From Candidatus Xenobia bacterium (GTDB lineage: Bacteria; Vulcanimicrobiota; Xenobia; Xenobiales; QWHO01): 28,011 nt of DNA. The stretch spans positions 1-28,011 of the forward strand of contig BTUM01000098.1 in NCBI GenBank assembly GCA_045863235.1, read 5' to 3'. Positions 24,804 to 28,011 of the stretch are shown here, piece by piece; positions within the stretch are counted from its first letter, which is position 1, and each line of letters starts with the position of its first letter. The notes under the pieces are model-generated. The model saw nothing but the letters and a program-made list of their open reading frames with translations. It was not told the origin of the DNA and did not search any database. Both the position numbers and the translations under genes were made by a program.

Positions 24804-25690
24804 GGAGCCTCCAGAAAGCCGTGCGCGGTCAGGGCCTCCAGCGGCTCCTCGAAAGAGCACGAGCCGAAGCCTTTCACGACCTGGCGCAGGGTGGTGATGT
24901 CTTGCAGGGACAGTTGGTGGCCGGGCAGCTCGAGCCCCCCGGGAGTGAAGCGGAAGTGCTCGGGACGGTCGAGCCCCAGAATGGCCTCCAGCGACCCGGC
25001 ATCCAGCTGGTCGCGACGGGCCAGCATGGCGGCCGCGAAGACGTTCAGGAAGCCGTGCTGGCGAACCTCCAGCTCGGGATCGTAGTGGGGCAAGGGCTGG
25101 TGCAGCCCGGCCGTGAGCTTGAGGGGGACGGAGAGCGGGCCCCAGGCGGCCAGGGCGGCCGCCAGCTCGCGGGCGGTGGGGAAGCGGTCGGCGGTGACCC
25201 CGCCGGCACGGATCTTGAGCCCGGCCCCGCTGCCCTCAAGAGCCGCGAAGTCGGTCCCGCGCACCTCGTAGAAGACCTGCAGGCCGTCCGATAGCTGCGT
25301 GTAAAGCGGCACCTGGGCCCGGGCCGCCGGGCCCAACTCGGCCAGGGCCTCGGGGGCGGGGGTGATCTCCACCCCCTCCAGGCGCACGTCCTGGCCCAGG
25401 CGACCGCCCAGCTCGCCGGCCACCGCTTCCACGTCGGCTTCGGCCAGGCGCTGGGCGCTGGCCGGGTGGGAGAGAGCGCTGCCCAGCAAGACCAGCGGCC
25501 ACTGGCCTTGTTGAAAGAGGGGCTGAGCGGTCAGATCGGCCAGTCGGGCCACGGCCAGGATGAACCCGCCCAGCATGAAGTGGCCGCGATAGCTGGCGTA
25601 GCGCTCCAGGGCCGGCTCCAGGGCCAGAGCCGCGGGGGGGAACATGCCGGCGTAATCCAGGATGCGGCTGAGGAAAGCTTGCTGGCTCAC
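24800..25690 (-). CDS. Conserved hypothetical protein of the fahA-adjacent type (DYAGxFPP...KxRxGG...KxTAGLH...HGFLN...FGSCSFxEP)
   Basis: Motifs are visible in the translation. GTGA overlap with the upstream gene and ATGA overlap with fahA. Confidence 0.85.
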   Translation of the reverse strand: MSQQAFLSRILDYAGMFPPAALALEPALERYASYRGHFMLGGFILAVARLADLTAQPLFQQGQWPLVLLGSALSHPASAQRLAEADVEAVAGELGGRLGQDVRLEGVEITPAPEALAELGPAARAQVPLYTQLSDGLQVFYEVRGTDFAALEGSGAGLKIRAGGVTADRFPTARELAAALAAWGPLSVPLKLTAGLHQPLPHYDPELEVRQHGFLNVFAAAMLARRDQLDAGSLEAILGLDRPEHFRFTPGGLELPGHQLSLQDITTLRQVVKGFGSCSFEEPLEALTAHGFLEAP

Positions 25691-27012
25691 AACTTGAACT
25701 TCTCGCGCAGGGTGGCTTTGGGCTGCGGAGGGGGCGCCGCATAAGGGTTGGGGACGGGGCGTCCGTAGGCCTCGACGTGCACCTTGCCCGACTTGTGGAT
25801 GTGCACCTGAGTGAAGCCGTAGTTGGCGTGCTTTTTCTTCTTGTACTTGTGCTCGAGCGGGCTGCCGGCATTGCCCGAGATGATCTGGGGCAACTTGCCC
25901 AGCTTGCTCGACTCCCACAGGTGGGCGTGGGCACACAGGTAAGCCCGCACCTTGGGGGTGTCCTCGAGCAGCTTCTTGAACTGAGGAGCCTCCTGGGGAC
26001 GGATGCCCAGGTTGCCCTCATCGGGTGAGGTGATGGGGCGATGGCCCATCACGAAGATGTGCTCCACGCTCGAGTCGGCCTGCAGCGCCTGCAATTGATC
26101 GGTGATCCAGTTGAGGGGGATGTCGGAATTGGTGGTGGCGTCGATGAACGTGTCCGTGTTGAGCATCATGAAGGCCACCGGGCCTTCCTGAAAAGTGTAG
26201 GAGAGCTGGCTCTGGTCGTAGGTCAGCCCGTCCGGGTTGGGGGCGGCCGTGGTGGGCCCATTGGAGCCGCGGATGTAGGGCGCCATGAGCGACAGCCAGA
26301 CCGGCAGGGTGGCCGGATTGGGGAGCTCGGTGGCTTCGGTTTTGCCGGTCTGGACCAGGATCTCGTGGTTGCCCGTGATGGGGCAGAGCTGCACGTCGCT
26401 TGTGGCCAGGGGGCCGGCCTGGTAGACCGAGACCCAGGCCGAGAGCTGGCTCTGGAGGGGGGCCGAGCCGGGCTCTTCGTTGAGCACCAGGTCGCCCAGG
26501 AAGAAGAGCCAGCCGGGATGGTGGGGCAGGCTCAGGATGTCGGTCATGTCCTGCTCGAGCTGGCCCAGGTTGGCGGTGCTGGGGTTGGCCGAGGTGACCT
26601 CGCTCGAGCCCAGCCGGTTGCAGCCAAAGAACACGAAGCTGAAGGCGGTCGGATCCTGGCTCTGGGCGGGCACCAGGGCCGGGCTCTGGATGGTGGCCGG
26701 GGGCTCCAATCCGGTTACGAAGTCGTGCTGCACGCGCCCGGCCTGGTCGAGCGTCTCGAGCTGCAGGGTCACCAGGCGGGGGTCGGCTTCCAGGCGCTGG
26801 GGCTGCCGGTCCAGGGTGAGCGGCCCGAGCACCACCCGGCCGTGCTCATCGAAGCCGGTGTAGCGCACCCCGGTGACCTCGGCCGGCAGCTCGCCCGGGT
26901 CGACGCTGACCACGCTCGCCGGCCCGGGGGTCACCGGCAGGCCCGGAGCGGCCTGGTCGCCGGCGCAGCCCGCCAGGAGCAAGGCCACGAGCATCATGAG
27001 GACGAGAAACAT
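25687..27012 (-). CDS. Metallophosphoesterase (calcineurin-like) lipoprotein
   Basis: Lipobox LLAGC. Motifs GCNR / GDLV / GNHE / GHRP / AHAH. Confidence 0.88.
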   Translation of the reverse strand: MFLVLMMLVALLLAGCAGDQAAPGLPVTPGPASVVSVDPGELPAEVTGVRYTGFDEHGRVVLGPLTLDRQPQRLEADPRLVTLQLETLDQAGRVQHDFVTGLEPPATIQSPALVPAQSQDPTAFSFVFFGCNRLGSSEVTSANPSTANLGQLEQDMTDILSLPHHPGWLFFLGDLVLNEEPGSAPLQSQLSAWVSVYQAGPLATSDVQLCPITGNHEILVQTGKTEATELPNPATLPVWLSLMAPYIRGSNGPTTAAPNPDGLTYDQSQLSYTFQEGPVAFMMLNTDTFIDATTNSDIPLNWITDQLQALQADSSVEHIFVMGHRPITSPDEGNLGIRPQEAPQFKKLLEDTPKVRAYLCAHAHLWESSKLGKLPQIISGNAGSPLEHKYKKKKHANYGFTQVHIHKSGKVHVEAYGRPVPNPYAAPPPQPKATLREKFKL

Positions 27013-27129
27013 CGCCGGCCCTTCTTGAGCAACACGCAAAACTCTTTCTCAACCTTATGCTCTTCAGAGGCAAGTCACGGGGCTGCTTTCCACGAATATG
27101 CTCGCACTTTGATTTTGCACCTTAGCACG

Positions 27130-27226
27130 ATCTGACGAACGCGCCGGAACTGCCTTCCAGCGCGTTCAACAGATTGTCTACTCTCCCGCGCGTTCCAATT
27201 CTGAACAGGTCGACGCGCGGGAGTGT
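27130..27226. repeat. Dispersed hairpin element, copy 2 (two adjacent stem-loops)
   Basis: Stem A: ATCTGACGAACGCGC(27130-27144)...GCGCGTTCAACAGAT(27160-27174). Stem B: CTCCCGCGCGT(27183-27193)...ACGCGCGGGAG(27213-27223). Confidence 0.88.
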
Positions 27227-27228
27227 AG

Positions 27229-27254
27229 CAGGCCCGGAGCGTTGCTTCCAGAAT
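27229..27254 (+). promoter_or_regulatory. sigmaH-like promoter of the D,D-dipeptidase gene
   Basis: CAGG-N18-GAAT ending 11 nt before ATG 27266. Confidence 0.5.
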
Positions 27255-27265
27255 GCTTGCCAGCG

Positions 27266-27895
27266 ATGCGCAGAACGCTCTTGCTGGTGTGGGCCCTGGG
27301 CGCCCTGGCCCTGGCCCAGGCGCGCCCCTGCCTGGTCGAGCTGATCAAGCTCGAGCCGGCGCTCAAGCTCAACATCCACTACGCCCGCTCGGACAATTTT
27401 CTCGGCTTCCCGGTCTATCCCGAGGCCCGCGCCTTCCTGCAAAAGCCTGCCGCCGAAGCCCTGGTGAGAGCTCATCGCTCGCTGGTCAAGCAGGGCTACG
27501 GCATCGTCGTTTTCGACGGTTATCGGCCCTGGCGCATCACCAAGCTGATGGCCGACCGCTCGCCGCCCGAGTGGCTGGGGGTCTACGTGGCCGACCCCAA
27601 AGAAGGCTCGCGTCACAATCGTGGCTGCGCGGTCGATTGCAGCTTGTACGACCTGAAGACCGGCCAGCAGGTGGTCATGCCCAGCGGCTACGACGACTTC
27701 AGCCAGAAGGCCCACGCCGATTACCAGGGCGGGACCGAGGAGCAGAGGCGATTGCGGGACCTCTTGCGCCGCGAGATGGAGAAGCAGGGATTCAGTGTGC
27801 TGCCGAGCGAGTGGTGGCACTTCGACTATCGCGACTGGAAGAGCTATCCCCTCATGGATGTCGAGTTCTCGCAGATCGGCTCGCAGAAGCGCTAG
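27266..27895 (+). CDS. ddpX: D-alanyl-D-alanine dipeptidase (peptidase M15D, VanX/DdpX family) with signal peptide
   Basis: Motifs YARSDNFLG, FDGYRP, GSRHNRGCAVD (SxHxxGxAxD), MPSGYDDF and EWWHF. N-terminal signal MRRTLLLVWALGALALA. Confidence 0.93.
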   Translation: MRRTLLLVWALGALALAQARPCLVELIKLEPALKLNIHYARSDNFLGFPVYPEARAFLQKPAAEALVRAHRSLVKQGYGIVVFDGYRPWRITKLMADRSPPEWLGVYVADPKEGSRHNRGCAVDCSLYDLKTGQQVVMPSGYDDFSQKAHADYQGGTEEQRRLRDLLRREMEKQGFSVLPSEWWHFDYRDWKSYPLMDVEFSQIGSQKR

Positions 27896-27900
27896 AAGTC

Positions 27901-27964
27901 CGGCCGCAAACCCCCTGTGGTGGCGGGGGGGACCACCCCCCCCACAAGATAGTGTTGGCGGCCG
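27901..27964. terminator. GC-rich hairpin downstream of the dipeptidase (possible terminator)
   Basis: Outer arms CGGCCGC(27901-27907)/GCGGCCG(27958-27964), with inner TGTGG/CCACA and G-run/C-run pairing. No U-tract. Confidence 0.3.
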
Positions 27965-28011
27965 CACGTCGAGCACAACCAGTTGGGGGTCGGCGCGGGC
28001 GGCCACCACGG

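Noticed and set aside
27266..27895. Vancomycin resistance (vanX) locus
   Set aside because: No vanH/vanA/vanRS nearby, and the protein has a signal peptide. It looks like an ordinary M15D dipeptidase.
27896..28011. Minus-strand frame VVAARADPQLVVLDVRPP resembling a receiver domain; also c-di-GMP-riboswitch-like GCAAACC
   Set aside because: The frame is too short at the window edge and runs through G-tracts into antisense ddpX. The riboswitch GAAA tetraloop/receptor and second stem are missing.

Overview
High-GC bacterial chromosomal segment with about 21 intact CDSs and no rRNA, tRNA or CRISPR array. Protein style and promoter motifs suggest Ca. Eremiobacterota/Vulcanimicrobiota-like Terrabacteria (inference only). 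From left to right it holds: the start of a probable IS630-type transposase; a 1266-aa protein with two unrecognised repeat modules (5 x ~116 aa and 7 x 33-35 aa); an OPT transporter plus a secreted protein; a membrane Ser/Thr kinase; and an intergenic palindromic 81-bp tandem repeat. Next come atoE, PhyH and MFS genes converging on a WD40 kinase-nitroreductase-Rieske oxygenase operon and an AAA+/DUF4143 ATPase. The right part has a TauE-Usp operon, a metallophosphoesterase-hypothetical-fahA operon and a D-Ala-D-Ala dipeptidase. The most striking structure is at 12439-16071. The slot between the convergent atoE and Rieske genes occurs twice in tandem with different cargo (PhyH+MFS versus ATPase), separated by fused, slightly diverged copies of both flanking gene 3' ends. 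Other signals are a dispersed hairpin element present twice in inverted orientation, recurring AGG-N18-GAA (sigmaH-like) promoters before SD-less starts, and a sigma70 promoter overlapped by a 15-bp inverted repeat in front of the ATPase.
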